Shown one piece after another: positions 36,436 to 46,356 of a stretch of DNA of 64,000 nucleotides. This stretch comes from Candidatus Eiseniibacteriota bacterium. GTDB taxonomy: Bacteria; Eisenbacteria; RBG-16-71-46. Both the position numbers and the translations under genes were made by a program. Within the stretch, counting starts at the first letter, position 1, and every line of letters begins with the position of its first letter. The notes below the pieces were generated by a model, which saw only the letters and a program-made list of their open reading frames with translations, was not told where the DNA came from and made no database searches. The stretch spans positions 3,827 through 67,826 of the forward strand of contig DASTBI010000115.1 of assembly GCA_035712145.1 (NCBI GenBank), in the 5' to 3' direction.

Positions 36436-38820
36436 ATGGGTGGGTGCACCGCCGTATGGATCGCCGCGACCGTGTGGGTCGGGCTCGCCGTCGGCCGTGA
36501 GCTGCCGCCGTTCTGGATCTCGGGCTTCGCCGTGGCCGCGGTCGGACTCGCGTGGCTCGCGCGCCGCGCGCCCGACCGGCTCGGCACGCTGGCGCTCGTG
36601 CTCGCCGTGCTGTGCGGCTCGCTCGCGCGTGGCGGCGCGGCCGGCGCCGTTCCTGGCGCCGCATCGGGCCGGCTGAGCCCGGAGCCGCCCGCCACGTGGA
36701 TGTCCGCTCGCGTCGTAGACCATCCTGCCCGCGAGTCCGGAGACGTGGTGGCCATCCTCGAGACCACCCGCGCGTGCGAGCTGCTGCCGCGCGGCGCGCG
36801 CGTGCGCCTGCGCCTGCCGGCAGGAACCCGCGCCGAGTGGGGGGACACGCTGCGCGTGCTGGCACGGGTGGAGGCCCCGTCGCTCGCGCGGGTCCCCGGC
36901 GTTCCCTCGCAGCGCGAGGCCTCATGGGCGCAGGGCATCGTCGCGCGCGGGCGAGGCCTCTGGGTCGAGGACGGCGCTTCGCACACGCTCGCGCGCGCCA
37001 CGATCGTGCGCTGGCGCCGCCATCTCGAGACCTGCTTCACCCGCGAGCTGTCTCCCGACGCGCGCGAGATCGTCACCCCGCTCGTGACCGGCGATCGCAC
37101 CGGACTCGATCCCGATCTTGGCGCGGTGTTCCGATCCTCCGGCCTCGTGCACCTGCTCGCGCTCTCCGGCCTGCACGTCGTATGGATGGCGGGCGTCGCG
37201 CGGGGCATCACCGGAGCGCTCGGGGGCGGCCTGCGCGCCCGCGCGTGGACCGGCGCGGCGTGCGCCCTCTTCTATGTCGCGATCGCCGGGCCTCTTCCAT
37301 CGCTCGCACGAGCCGCTGCGACCGAGGCGCTGGCCGCCGTCGCCAGTCTGCGCGGCCGCCTTCTCGATCCCTTGCAGGCGCTCGCGCTCGCCACGATCGT
37401 GCTGCTCGCGGCGACGCCGTCGTGGGCCGCCGATCTCGGCTTCCAGCTCTCGTGCGCGGCGACGCTCGGGCTCACGACGCTCGCGCGCCGCGCGGGAGAG
37501 TGGCTCGAGCGCAAACCCACCATCGGCGCGTCGACGCTGAAGTTGTTCGTGCCCACCGCGGCGGCGCAGGTGACCGCGCTGCCCATCGTGCTCGATCGCT
37601 TCCACGCGCTGCCATGGACGGCGCTCGGCTCGAACCTGGTGGCGGTGCCGGTGTGCGATCTGCTGATGGCCTCGGCCTGGCTCGGCGCCGGGCTCGAGGC
37701 GCTCATTCCCGGCGCCGGGCGATGGTGCTTCGCCGCCTGCGAGCCGCTCAGCCGCGTGCTGATCGGCGTCGCGCAGGCCGGCGCCGCCGCACCTCGCGCG
37801 CTGTGGGCGACTGGCCATTCGTTCGGGCCTCCCTTCCTGGCTGGACTTGGCGCCGCGCTTTTCGTGATCGCGTGCCTCGACGCACGCGATCTCGTGCACG
37901 CGCGCCTTCCGGCCTCGCGCACGCGCGTCGCACTCTCGTGGATGGGGCCGCTCGCGCTCCTGCTCGCGATCGTTCTCGGCGCCAGTGCGCCGGCCATGCG
38001 TCCTCCACCGGGACGCTGGTGGCTGGTGGTGCTCGATGTGGGACAGGGGGACGCGCTGGCGATCGGCGGCGCCAACGGCTGGCGATTGGTGGATTGCGGG
38101 CCGCGGTCGCCGGGCTACGACGCCGGCGCCGGAGCGGTCGTTCCGTTCCTCCACTGGGCCGCGGTGCGGCGTCTCGATGACGTCATTCTCACGCACGAGC
38201 ATGGCGACCACATCGGCGGTGTCACGGCCGTGCGGCGCGCCGTGCCGGTGGTGCGATGGTGGCGGGGAGGATCCCCGCGCCGACGCGGCACGCCGGACGA
38301 AGCGCAAGACGTGCACGCCGGCGACACGCTCGGCCTCGAGCCGATGCTCGTGGCGCGCTGGCCGGCCGCCGGATTCGCCTCGCGGGATCTCAACGCCGGG
38401 TCGCTGACGCTCGAAGCGGGGGAGGGCGAGGGCCGCGCGCTGCTCGCGGCGGACATCGACAGCACGATCGAAGACCGTGTGATCGTGGGTGGCCGCTGCG
38501 CCGTGCTCAAGGTCGCCCATCACGGCGCAGCAGCGTCCTCTGGACGACGTTTCCTGGAACGCGTGCGCCCGCAATGGGCCATCGTGTCGTGCGGCGCCCG
38601 TAATCCGTTTGGACATCCCGACGTGCGAACGCTCGCGCGACTCGCGACGTGCGGCGCGCAGGTGCGGCGCACCGACCAGGTCGGGACGGTGTGGCTCGAG
38701 CTGGGACCCGACGGCGTGACGGAGATCGACTGGCGGCGCGACGCGGTCCGCGAGACGCACCGCGCGCCTTCGCCGGTCGTGACGGGCGGTGCACTTGCCC
38801 ATGCTCCAGCCCGCTGCTAG
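36436..38820 (+). CDS. comEC: DNA internalization-related competence protein ComEC/Rec2 (competence domain + metallo-beta-lactamase domain)
   Basis: Multi-TM N-terminal region. Competence signature GLVHLLALSGLHVVWMAG. C-terminal MBL motif LTHEHGDHIGG with WWLVVLDVGQGDALAI. Confidence 0.85.
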   Translation: MGGCTAVWIAATVWVGLAVGRELPPFWISGFAVAAVGLAWLARRAPDRLGTLALVLAVLCGSLARGGAAGAVPGAASGRLSPEPPATWMSARVVDHPARESGDVVAILETTRACELLPRGARVRLRLPAGTRAEWGDTLRVLARVEAPSLARVPGVPSQREASWAQGIVARGRGLWVEDGASHTLARATIVRWRRHLETCFTRELSPDAREIVTPLVTGDRTGLDPDLGAVFRSSGLVHLLALSGLHVVWMAGVARGITGALGGGLRARAWTGAACALFYVAIAGPLPSLARAAATEALAAVASLRGRLLDPLQALALATIVLLAATPSWAADLGFQLSCAATLGLTTLARRAGEWLERKPTIGASTLKLFVPTAAAQVTALPIVLDRFHALPWTALGSNLVAVPVCDLLMASAWLGAGLEALIPGAGRWCFAACEPLSRVLIGVAQAGAAAPRALWATGHSFGPPFLAGLGAALFVIACLDARDLVHARLPASRTRVALSWMGPLALLLAIVLGASAPAMRPPPGRWWLVVLDVGQGDALAIGGANGWRLVDCGPRSPGYDAGAGAVVPFLHWAAVRRLDDVILTHEHGDHIGGVTAVRRAVPVVRWWRGGSPRRRGTPDEAQDVHAGDTLGLEPMLVARWPAAGFASRDLNAGSLTLEAGEGEGRALLAADIDSTIEDRVIVGGRCAVLKVAHHGAAASSGRRFLERVRPQWAIVSCGARNPFGHPDVRTLARLATCGAQVRRTDQVGTVWLELGPDGVTEIDWRRDAVRETHRAPSPVVTGGALAHAPARC

Positions 38821-38849
38821 ATTGCGGTGTGGCTCCTCCTTCACCCTCC

Positions 38850-39479
38850 ATGCACACTCTCGCGGTGCTCGCCTCGGGGCAGGGGACCAACTTCGAGGCG
38901 CTTGCGCTGGCCGATCAGCGCCATCAGCTCGGTGGCCACATCGCCCTGCTCGCCACCGACCGACCCGATGCCGTGGCACTGGATCGCGCTCGCCGGCTCG
39001 GCGTCGAGGCGCTCGTACTCCCCGCCGGCACGCGCTGGCGCACGAGGCTCGAGGACGAGACGCCGTGGATCGACGCGCTTCTCCAGCGCGGCGTCGACAC
39101 CGTGCTCCTCGCCGGCTTCATGCGGCGGCTGCACGCGCCGTTTCTCGGAGCGTTCGAGGGACGCATCCTCAATATCCATCCTTCGCTTCTTCCCGCATTT
39201 CCCGGAGTCGACGCCATCGGCCAGGCCTTCTCGCACGGGGTCAAGGTGACGGGATGCACCGTGCATCTGGTGAACGAGGCGCTCGATGCCGGACCGATCG
39301 TCGATCAGGCCGTCGTCGAGGTACGAAGCGACGACACGCGCGAAGCCCTCGAGGCCCGGATCCACGAGGCCGAGCACCGGCTCTATCCGGCCGCGGCGCG
39401 GCGTTTCCTCACCACGCCGTGGCGGATCGAAGGCCGCCGACTCGTCTTTGCCTCCGAGGTGAAGGAGGGCGTTCGATGA
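38850..39479 (+). CDS. purN: phosphoribosylglycinamide formyltransferase
   Basis: MHTLAVLASGQGTNFEAL... Active-site region GRILNIHPSLLPAFPG, with the folate-binding motif VHLVNEALDAGPI. Confidence 0.85.
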   Translation: MHTLAVLASGQGTNFEALALADQRHQLGGHIALLATDRPDAVALDRARRLGVEALVLPAGTRWRTRLEDETPWIDALLQRGVDTVLLAGFMRRLHAPFLGAFEGRILNIHPSLLPAFPGVDAIGQAFSHGVKVTGCTVHLVNEALDAGPIVDQAVVEVRSDDTREALEARIHEAEHRLYPAAARRFLTTPWRIEGRRLVFASEVKEGVR

Positions 39480-40234
39480 GCCATGCCCGCCCGGCGCTGG
39501 AGGCGGTGGTGTTCGACGCCGGCGGCACGCTCGTGCGGCTCGACTTCGAGTGGATGGCCGAGGCGCTGACCCGGATCGGGGTGAACACCGAGGCCTCGAC
39601 GCTGCGGCGCGCCGAGGTGGAGGGACGCCGCCGCTACGACGCGAGTCAGAGGGCCGGCCGTCACGATGCGTCCCCGCTGGGCGGTCCGGGGGACGTGCGC
39701 GCCTATCTCGGCGGCATGCTCCACCACGCCCACGTGCCGGCGGAGAAGATCGACGGCGCCGTGGACGCGTTCCTGGCGCACGAGAAAGCGAACGGCCTGT
39801 GGGCCCGACCGATGGAAGGCGCCCGCGAGGCGATCGACGCGACCTCTGAGCTGGGCCTGCGACGGGCGGTGGTGTCGAACTCCGACGGACGCGCGGAGTG
39901 GCATCTGCGGCACTCGGGCGTGCTCGATGGCATCGAGTTCGTCGTCGATTCGCACCTCGTGGGCCTCGAAAAGCCCGACCCCGCGATCTTCCGTCTCGCG
40001 CTCGATCGCCTGAAGATTCCCGCCGAGCGCGCGCTCTACGTCGGGGACATTCGCTCGGTCGACGAGCGTGGCTCGAGGGCTGCCGGCATGCACTTCGTGT
40101 TGATCGATCCATCGGGGGATTACGCGGGGGCCACGCCTTCGATCCGCGCCATCGCCGACCTGCCGTCATGGATCACGACCCACTTCGAAGTCCCGCGCGC
40201 CGCCCAGGCGGGCCGGGAGGCGATAGGAGGCTGA
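39476..40234 (+). CDS. HAD-superfamily hydrolase (subfamily IA)
   Basis: Motif I VVFDAGGTL. Motif III/IV ...YVGDIRSVDERGSRAAGM. GAAGGAGGG SD. The start overlaps the purN stop (ATGA). Confidence 0.75.
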   Translation: MSHARPALEAVVFDAGGTLVRLDFEWMAEALTRIGVNTEASTLRRAEVEGRRRYDASQRAGRHDASPLGGPGDVRAYLGGMLHHAHVPAEKIDGAVDAFLAHEKANGLWARPMEGAREAIDATSELGLRRAVVSNSDGRAEWHLRHSGVLDGIEFVVDSHLVGLEKPDPAIFRLALDRLKIPAERALYVGDIRSVDERGSRAAGMHFVLIDPSGDYAGATPSIRAIADLPSWITTHFEVPRAAQAGREAIGG

Positions 40235-40235
40235 C

Positions 40236-41129
40236 ATGCTGAGCACCAAGGACGCGATTTCACACGTGGATCTGCCCGGCATCGAGCCGTGGCGACGCGG
40301 CAAGGTGCGAGCCGTGTACGAAGCCGGCCCCGAGCGTCTGATCATCGTGGCGAGCGACCGGCTGTCGGCGTACGACCATGTTCTGCCCACGCCCATTCCG
40401 AACAAGGGCCGCGTGCTGACCGAGCTGTCGATCTTCTGGTTCGAGACCCTGAAGAGTGCTGCGCCTCACCACTTCATCAGCGGGAGGCCCGCGGAGTATC
40501 CCGCGCCATTCGAGCGGCACGCCGCCCTGCTCGAAGGCCGCAGCATGCTGGTGCGGCGCGCCGAGCGCATCGACATCGAGTGCGTGGTGCGCGGCTACCT
40601 CACCGGATCCGGATGGAAGGAGTACAAGCGGGACGGCACCGTATGCGGCCTCGCGCTGCCCAAGGGACTGAAGGACGGCTCGCGTCTCGACCCGCCGATC
40701 TTCACCCCGGCCACCAAGGAGGATACGGGGCACGATCAGAACATCTCGTTCGAGCGCATGACCGAGATCACGGGGCGCGAGGTCGCCGAGGCCCTGCGGA
40801 CCCGCAGCATCTCGATCTACGAGGAGGCACGGGCTCACGCATGGGCGCGTGGCCTGGTGCTGGCCGACACCAAGTTCGAGTTCGGCCGGGTGGACGGTGC
40901 ACTGACGCTGATCGACGAAGTGCTCTCTCCGGATTCCTCCCGCTATTGGGACCGCGCGGAATACGAGGCCGGCCGGCTGGTCTCCTTCGACAAGCAGTTC
41001 GTGCGCGACTGGCTGGATCATTCGGGCTGGAATCACGAGCCCCCCGCGCCGGCGCTGCCCGAGGACGTGGTGTCGAAGACCAGCGCGTGTTACCTCGAAG
41101 CCATGCGGCGGCTCACGGAGCGCGGATGA
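40236..41129 (+). CDS. purC: phosphoribosylaminoimidazole-succinocarboxamide synthase (SAICAR synthetase)
   Basis: GKVRAVYEAGPERLIIVASDRLSAYD...LADTKFEFG, typical PurC motifs. Confidence 0.9.
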   Translation: MLSTKDAISHVDLPGIEPWRRGKVRAVYEAGPERLIIVASDRLSAYDHVLPTPIPNKGRVLTELSIFWFETLKSAAPHHFISGRPAEYPAPFERHAALLEGRSMLVRRAERIDIECVVRGYLTGSGWKEYKRDGTVCGLALPKGLKDGSRLDPPIFTPATKEDTGHDQNISFERMTEITGREVAEALRTRSISIYEEARAHAWARGLVLADTKFEFGRVDGALTLIDEVLSPDSSRYWDRAEYEAGRLVSFDKQFVRDWLDHSGWNHEPPAPALPEDVVSKTSACYLEAMRRLTERG

Positions 41130-42655
41130 CCTGGCCGCGGGCCGCGCTGCTGTCACTCTCGGACAAGAGCGGCGCGGTCGAGTTCGCGCGCGCGCTGGCC
41201 GCGCGCGGGACGCGCATCGTGGCGTCGGGAGGCACCGCTCAGCACCTGCGCCAGGCAGGGATCGAGGTGACCGCGGTGGAGGAGTGGACCGGATTCCCCG
41301 AGCTGCTCGGCGGCCGCGTGAAGACGCTGCACCCTCACGTGCATGGTCCGATCCTGGCGCGGCGCTCCGAGCCGGGGGACCTGGCGGCGCTGGCGGAGCG
41401 CGGCGTCGAGCCCATCGATCTCGTGGCGGTCACGCTCTATCCGTTCGAGCAAAAGGCCGCGACGCTCGACGAGGCGGGCGCGGTGGAGGAGATCGACATC
41501 GGCGGCGTCGCGCTGCTGCGCGCGGCGGCGAAGAACTACGCCGACGTCATCGTGGTCCATGATCCGGCTCAGTATGCCGACGTCCTGCGCGCGCTCGAGA
41601 CGGGAGTGACCACGGACCAGCGGCGCACCTGGGCGCTGCAGACCTTCGCTCGGACCGCCCGCTACGACGCGGCGATCGGCGCCGAGCTGGCACGGCGCCT
41701 CGCGCCCGACGATCCGCCGCCGCTCCATCTGATGGCGCTCGAGCGCGTGCGAGCGCTGCGATACGGCGAGAACCCGCATCAGGCGGCCGCTCTCTATCGC
41801 CGGACAGGGGACCGGAACGCGCTTCATGCAGAACGTGAAGGGAAGGAGCTTTCCTACAACAATCTCCTGGACCTCCATTCGGCCGTCTTGCTGGCCTTCG
41901 AGCTGGCCGACCCGGCCTGTGTGATCGTCAAGCACAACCAGCCATGCGGCGCGGCCACCGCTGAAACCGTGGGCCAGGCCTACGAGGCGGCGCTGGCCGC
42001 CGATCCGCAGTCGGCCTTCGGAGGGATCGTCGCCTTCAACCGCGCGGTGGACGTGGACGTCGCACGGGCGCTCGCCCGGCAATTCGTCGAGGTGGTCTCG
42101 GCGCCCGAGTTCTCCAAGGATGCCGAGAGCGCGCTCATGGAAAAGAAGCAGCTGCGGATCGTCCGGATGACGGCGAAAGACCTGTCCTCCACCGATCCCT
42201 GGAGCGTGCGCCTGCTCGGACCCTGGGCGCTGCTCGAGCGCGAGGACCGGGACGCCGCTCCCGCGTGGCGTTGCGTCACACGAAGCACCCCCAGCGACGA
42301 GGAGATGGAAGGGCTGCGCTTCGCATGGAAGGTCGTGGCGAGCGCGCGCTCGAACGCCGTGGTCCTGGCGCGCGGCCCCCGACTGATCGGTCTGGGCTCC
42401 GGCCAGACCAGCCGGGTCGATGCCGTGGACGTGGCCTTGATGAAGGCCCGCCGAGCCGGACATGATCCGATGGGCGCGGTGCTGGCGAGCGACGGCTTCT
42501 TTCCCTTCGCCGACAACATCGAGCACGCTGCCGCGGCCGGGATCAAGGCCATCGTCCAGCCCGGCGGATCGAAGCGAGACGCCGAGGTGATCGCGGCCTG
42601 CGACACCCACGGCGTAGCCATGATGTTCACCGACCGACGAGTCTTCCGGCATTGA
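41126..42655 (+). CDS. purH: bifunctional AICAR transformylase / IMP cyclohydrolase
   Basis: MGS-like N-domain ALLSLSDKSGAVEFARALAARGTRIVASGGTA. KTLHPHVHGPILARR. The C-terminal AICARFT domain ends ...RRVFRH. The start overlaps the purC stop (ATGA). Confidence 0.9.
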   Translation: MTWPRAALLSLSDKSGAVEFARALAARGTRIVASGGTAQHLRQAGIEVTAVEEWTGFPELLGGRVKTLHPHVHGPILARRSEPGDLAALAERGVEPIDLVAVTLYPFEQKAATLDEAGAVEEIDIGGVALLRAAAKNYADVIVVHDPAQYADVLRALETGVTTDQRRTWALQTFARTARYDAAIGAELARRLAPDDPPPLHLMALERVRALRYGENPHQAAALYRRTGDRNALHAEREGKELSYNNLLDLHSAVLLAFELADPACVIVKHNQPCGAATAETVGQAYEAALAADPQSAFGGIVAFNRAVDVDVARALARQFVEVVSAPEFSKDAESALMEKKQLRIVRMTAKDLSSTDPWSVRLLGPWALLEREDRDAAPAWRCVTRSTPSDEEMEGLRFAWKVVASARSNAVVLARGPRLIGLGSGQTSRVDAVDVALMKARRAGHDPMGAVLASDGFFPFADNIEHAAAAGIKAIVQPGGSKRDAEVIAACDTHGVAMMFTDRRVFRH

Positions 42656-42671
42656 AAACGACGGGAGAGCC

Positions 42672-44282
42672 ATGACCTTGACCGCGGACCCACCAGCGAC
42701 GAAATCACCCGCCCGGAGCACCCGGGATCGCGCCGCGCGCGCCGTGGCCTCCGAGCGCGTGGTGATCCTCGACTTCGGATCGCAGTACACCAATCTGATC
42801 GCGCGGCGCGTGCGGGAGGCCGGGGTGTACTCCGAGATCGTGCCGGGCACCACACCGGTTGGCGAGATCGCCGCCATGCGTCCCCATGCGCTGATCCTGT
42901 CCGGCTCGCCGGCCAGCGGATACCGCGATCAGGCGCCTCTGCCCGATCCCGGCATCTACCGCCTGGGCAAGCCGCTGCTCGGCATCTGTTACGGATTCCA
43001 GGCCACCGCTCACCTCACCGGCGGTCGCCTGGCGAAGGCCGATGCCGCCGAATACGGCACCGCCACGTTCGTCATCGATCGGCGATCGCCGCTCTTCGCC
43101 GGCGTGCCCAAGCGCTTCCGCGCCTGGATGAGCCACGGCGACGAAGTGCAGGCGCTCGGCGAGGACTGGGTCCCCGTCGCCCATACCGCGAATTGCGCGT
43201 TCGCGGCCGCGTTCCACCGCGTCCATCCCTACCACCTGATCCAGTTCCACCCCGAGGTCGTGCACTCGCCGTTCGGCAAGCGAGTGATCCACAACTTCCT
43301 GTTCCGGATCGCGAAGCTCAGGGGCGGCTGGAGCATGAAGAGCTTCCTGCGCCGCGCCGTGGCCGACATCCGCGCTCAGGTCGGCGACGGGCACATCCTG
43401 TGCGGCCTCTCGGGCGGGGTCGACAGCACGGTGGTCGCCACCTTGTGCCATCGCGCGGTCGGTCGCCGGCTCGTGTGCGTGCTGGTCGACCATGGTCTGC
43501 TGCGCCAGGGCGAGGCCGAAGAAGTGGCGCGCGAGCTGGGTGAGAAGCGCAAGCTCCAGCTCGTCGTGGTCGATGCGCGGGAGCGGTTCCTCGCGAAGCT
43601 CGCGAACGTCACCGACCCCGAGCGCAAGCGCAAGATCATCGGCGCCGAGTTCATCGCCGTCTTCGAAGAGGAAGCGAAGAAGCACGGGCCGGTCGAATTC
43701 CTGGCCCAGGGGACGCTCTATCCCGACGTGATCGAAAGCGCCTCGGCGGGCTTCGGCGCGCAAGTCATCAAGACCCATCACAACGTCGGCGGGCTTCCGG
43801 AGCGCATGCACCTCAGGCTCATCGAGCCGCTGCGGCTCCTCTTCAAAGACGAGGTGCGCGAGCTGGGTCGCGAGCTCGGCCTGCCGGATCATCTCGTCGA
43901 CCGCCATCCTTTCCCCGGGCCGGGGCTGGCCGTGCGCACGCTCGGAGCGGTCAATGCCGAGGATCTCGAGGTGCTGCGCCGCGCCGACGCCATCTACATC
44001 GAGGAGCTGCGGCGCTCGTCGTGGTACGACAAGACCTGGCAGGCATTCGCCGTGCTGCTGCCGGTCTCGACGGTGGGGGTCAAGGGTGACGAACGCTCCT
44101 ACGAGCGGGTGATCGCGCTCCGCGCCGTCAACAGCGAGGACGGCATGACCGCCGACTGGACGCGGCTTCCCGAATCGCTCCTGGCCAGGGTCGCGAGCCG
44201 GATCGCGAACGAAGTGCGCGGCGTGAACCGGGTGGTGTTCGACATCACGTCGAAGCCGCCCGCCACCATCGAGTGGGAGTAG
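42672..44282 (+). CDS. guaA: GMP synthase (glutamine-hydrolysing)
   Basis: GATase catalytic triad region GICYGFQ. PP-loop CGLSGGVDSTVVA. Conserved C-terminus ...IEWE. Confidence 0.9.
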   Translation: MTLTADPPATKSPARSTRDRAARAVASERVVILDFGSQYTNLIARRVREAGVYSEIVPGTTPVGEIAAMRPHALILSGSPASGYRDQAPLPDPGIYRLGKPLLGICYGFQATAHLTGGRLAKADAAEYGTATFVIDRRSPLFAGVPKRFRAWMSHGDEVQALGEDWVPVAHTANCAFAAAFHRVHPYHLIQFHPEVVHSPFGKRVIHNFLFRIAKLRGGWSMKSFLRRAVADIRAQVGDGHILCGLSGGVDSTVVATLCHRAVGRRLVCVLVDHGLLRQGEAEEVARELGEKRKLQLVVVDARERFLAKLANVTDPERKRKIIGAEFIAVFEEEAKKHGPVEFLAQGTLYPDVIESASAGFGAQVIKTHHNVGGLPERMHLRLIEPLRLLFKDEVRELGRELGLPDHLVDRHPFPGPGLAVRTLGAVNAEDLEVLRRADAIYIEELRRSSWYDKTWQAFAVLLPVSTVGVKGDERSYERVIALRAVNSEDGMTADWTRLPESLLARVASRIANEVRGVNRVVFDITSKPPATIEWE

Positions 44283-44562
44283 GCGCGACCCCCCAGCTCG
44301 CCCGAGGAGACCCGTCACGCCGAATCGAGCCCACCGTCGTGAACGGGAGGTCGCGGCCGATCCACTGGCGCCGCTGCGCACGCGCTCCTGGCTCAGCGAA
44401 GCCCAGCGCAAGGCGATCCATATCGGCTCGCTGATCCTTCCGCTCGGTCTCCTGTTCGAATGGCTGCCATGGCCGCGCGGCCGCGCTCAGTGGCGATGGT
44501 TCCTCATCGGCTGCACGCTGATCGCGATCGCGATCGACCTGCTGCGCATCCACGAGGACCGC

Positions 44563-44985
44563 GTGCGCCGGTTCTTCAAGGATTTCTTCGGGCAGATGAT
44601 CCGCGACCACGAGCGCTTCAGCCTGCTCGGCTCGACCTATCTGCTGATCGCGGCGCTGCTGGCGGTCGAGATCTTTCCGCGCCCGGTGGCCGCGGCGGCG
44701 CTCGGCTTCACGGTGCTGGGGGACAGCTTCGCGGCGCTGGTGGGGAAGGCGTGGGGACGGCACCGGTTCTTCGGCAAGACCTTCGAAGGCGCGGCGGCAG
44801 GGCTGGTGGCATGCCTGCTGTGGGCCTGGTTCCTCGTCCTCGCCGGCTTCCTGCCGTGGCCGGTGGCCCTGGCGGGGGCACTGGTCGCAAGTCTGGTGGA
44901 AATGCTGCCGATACCTCTCGACGACAACCTCGGCGTCACGCTGTTCTCCGGTTACGTCATGAAGCTCCTCTGGGGCACCCCATGA
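44563..44985 (+). CDS. CTP-dependent polyprenol/diacylglycerol-kinase-like membrane protein (CTP_transf_1 / dolichol-kinase-like family); N-terminus unresolved
   Basis: C-terminal motif GDSFAALVGKAWGRHRFFGKTFEGAAAGLVA. Several TM helices. The same frame stays open and protein-like (TM-rich) upstream to ~44227 without any ATG/GTG/TTG. Confidence 0.45.
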   Translation: MRRFFKDFFGQMIRDHERFSLLGSTYLLIAALLAVEIFPRPVAAAALGFTVLGDSFAALVGKAWGRHRFFGKTFEGAAAGLVACLLWAWFLVLAGFLPWPVALAGALVASLVEMLPIPLDDNLGVTLFSGYVMKLLWGTP

Positions 44986-45926
44986 GTCCTCGTCCGCTGC
45001 CGTCTTCAGGATCGTTCGAAGCTTTCGTCGACCTGGCCAAGGGCGGCCAGCATCTCCAGGCGCTCGAGAAGCTGGCTCGCGCGCTGGCCGACCAGCCGCT
45101 GCACGCGCAGGTGCGCGGCGCCGCGGTCGAAGCGCTGAGCCGCATCGGCCGCATGGCCGAAGCCGCTTCGGATCTGGGCTCCGCGGTGCGAGCCCTGGAA
45201 GAGGCGGCGAGGATCGCTCCGCGCTACGCCGACGTGCACTACCAGCTGGCGCGACTCCAGATCCAGAGCCGCCAGACCGCGGCCGCGCGCAAGAGCCTGG
45301 CGTCGGCGCTGCGGATCAATCCCGGATACGTGGCCGCGCGCGTGGAGCTGGCCCTGCTCGACGCGCGCGAAGGCCAGCTGGGGGAAGCGATCGAGACGCT
45401 GCGACACCTCGATCTTGGACGCTCGCCGCACGAGCCGCGGCTCTTCCACCGCGGCATCGAGAGCCTCGAGCACGCCGATTGGCAACAGGCCGAGTCGCTG
45501 CTCCGCCAGGCCTTGCATCTGGATGAGCCAGGACTGAGCGAGACGCTCGAGGAGGTGCGGACACGGATGAACCGGGGCGATCGCGCATCCGCGGCGCGAT
45601 TGATTCGCGAAACCCTGGTGAAGCACCCGGGCTATGTCGACCTGCACTGCCTGCTCGGTATCGCGGAGCTGGAAGACGGCCACCTGGACGACGCCATCGC
45701 CACGCTGGCCCACGCGCTCGAGCTCCATCCCGACTATCACGCGGCGCGCGTGCAGCTGGCTCGCGCCCTCGAGGCATCGGGGGACCTGGCGCAGGCCGAA
45801 GAGCAGGTGGCCCTGGTCCTCGAAGTGGACCCCCAGAATCCCCAAGCGCTGGAGTTGTCGGAGCGTTGGGGACGCTGGCACCGCCGGCGGCGGCGTCCCT
45901 CGGCCACGCCGCGCAAAGCCTCTTGA
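44982..45926 (+). CDS. tetratricopeptide-repeat (TPR) protein
   Basis: At least 6 TPR-like helix pairs (AxxxLxxALxxxPxYxxAxxxLA pattern). The start overlaps the upstream stop (ATGA). Confidence 0.65.
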   Translation: MSPRPLPSSGSFEAFVDLAKGGQHLQALEKLARALADQPLHAQVRGAAVEALSRIGRMAEAASDLGSAVRALEEAARIAPRYADVHYQLARLQIQSRQTAAARKSLASALRINPGYVAARVELALLDAREGQLGEAIETLRHLDLGRSPHEPRLFHRGIESLEHADWQQAESLLRQALHLDEPGLSETLEEVRTRMNRGDRASAARLIRETLVKHPGYVDLHCLLGIAELEDGHLDDAIATLAHALELHPDYHAARVQLARALEASGDLAQAEEQVALVLEVDPQNPQALELSERWGRWHRRRRRPSATPRKAS

Positions 45927-46003
45927 CCCGGACCCCCTGAAGGGGCCAACCTCGAATTGCGTCCGGGTGCTTCTTGAGTACTTGCTGCCAGGGAGGATCC
46001 CCC

Positions 46004-46207
46004 ATGGCGCGTGGCACCGTGAAGTGGTTCAACGATAACAAAGGTTATGGATTCATCACCCCGGAGGAGCAGCAACAGGACGTCTTCGTACACTTCTCCT
46101 CCATCGAAGGTAGCGGCTTCAGAACCCTCCACGAGGGCGACCAGGTGGAGTTCGAGGTCAAACCCAGTGAACGAGGGAATGAAGCAGCGCACGTCGTGAA
46201 AGTCTGA
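46004..46207 (+). CDS. cspA: cold-shock protein (CspA family)
   Basis: [22 protein letters not shown]...DVFVHFSSI, the RNP1/RNP2 motifs of a cold-shock domain. GGGAGGA SD. Confidence 0.9.
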   Translation: MARGTVKWFNDNKGYGFITPEEQQQDVFVHFSSIEGSGFRTLHEGDQVEFEVKPSERGNEAAHVVKV

Positions 46208-46230
46208 CGCTCCTTGCCCGGATGCCCGTG

Positions 46231-46262
46231 GCCCGATGCGATGCATCGGGCCATGTCGTTTC
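46231..46262 (+). terminator. candidate cspA terminator (9-bp perfect stem gcccgatgc-gat-gcatcgggc followed by a weak U-rich tract)
   Basis: Hairpin 24 nt after the cspA stop, followed by catgtcgtttcg. Confidence 0.3.
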
Positions 46263-46356
46263 GAGCATCCCAAGGAGGCAGACCCTCGCGCGGCCGCACC
46301 ATTCCCTGACGAGCGCGCTCGCATGAGCGCGACCATCGCTTGACACCCCTTCTATA

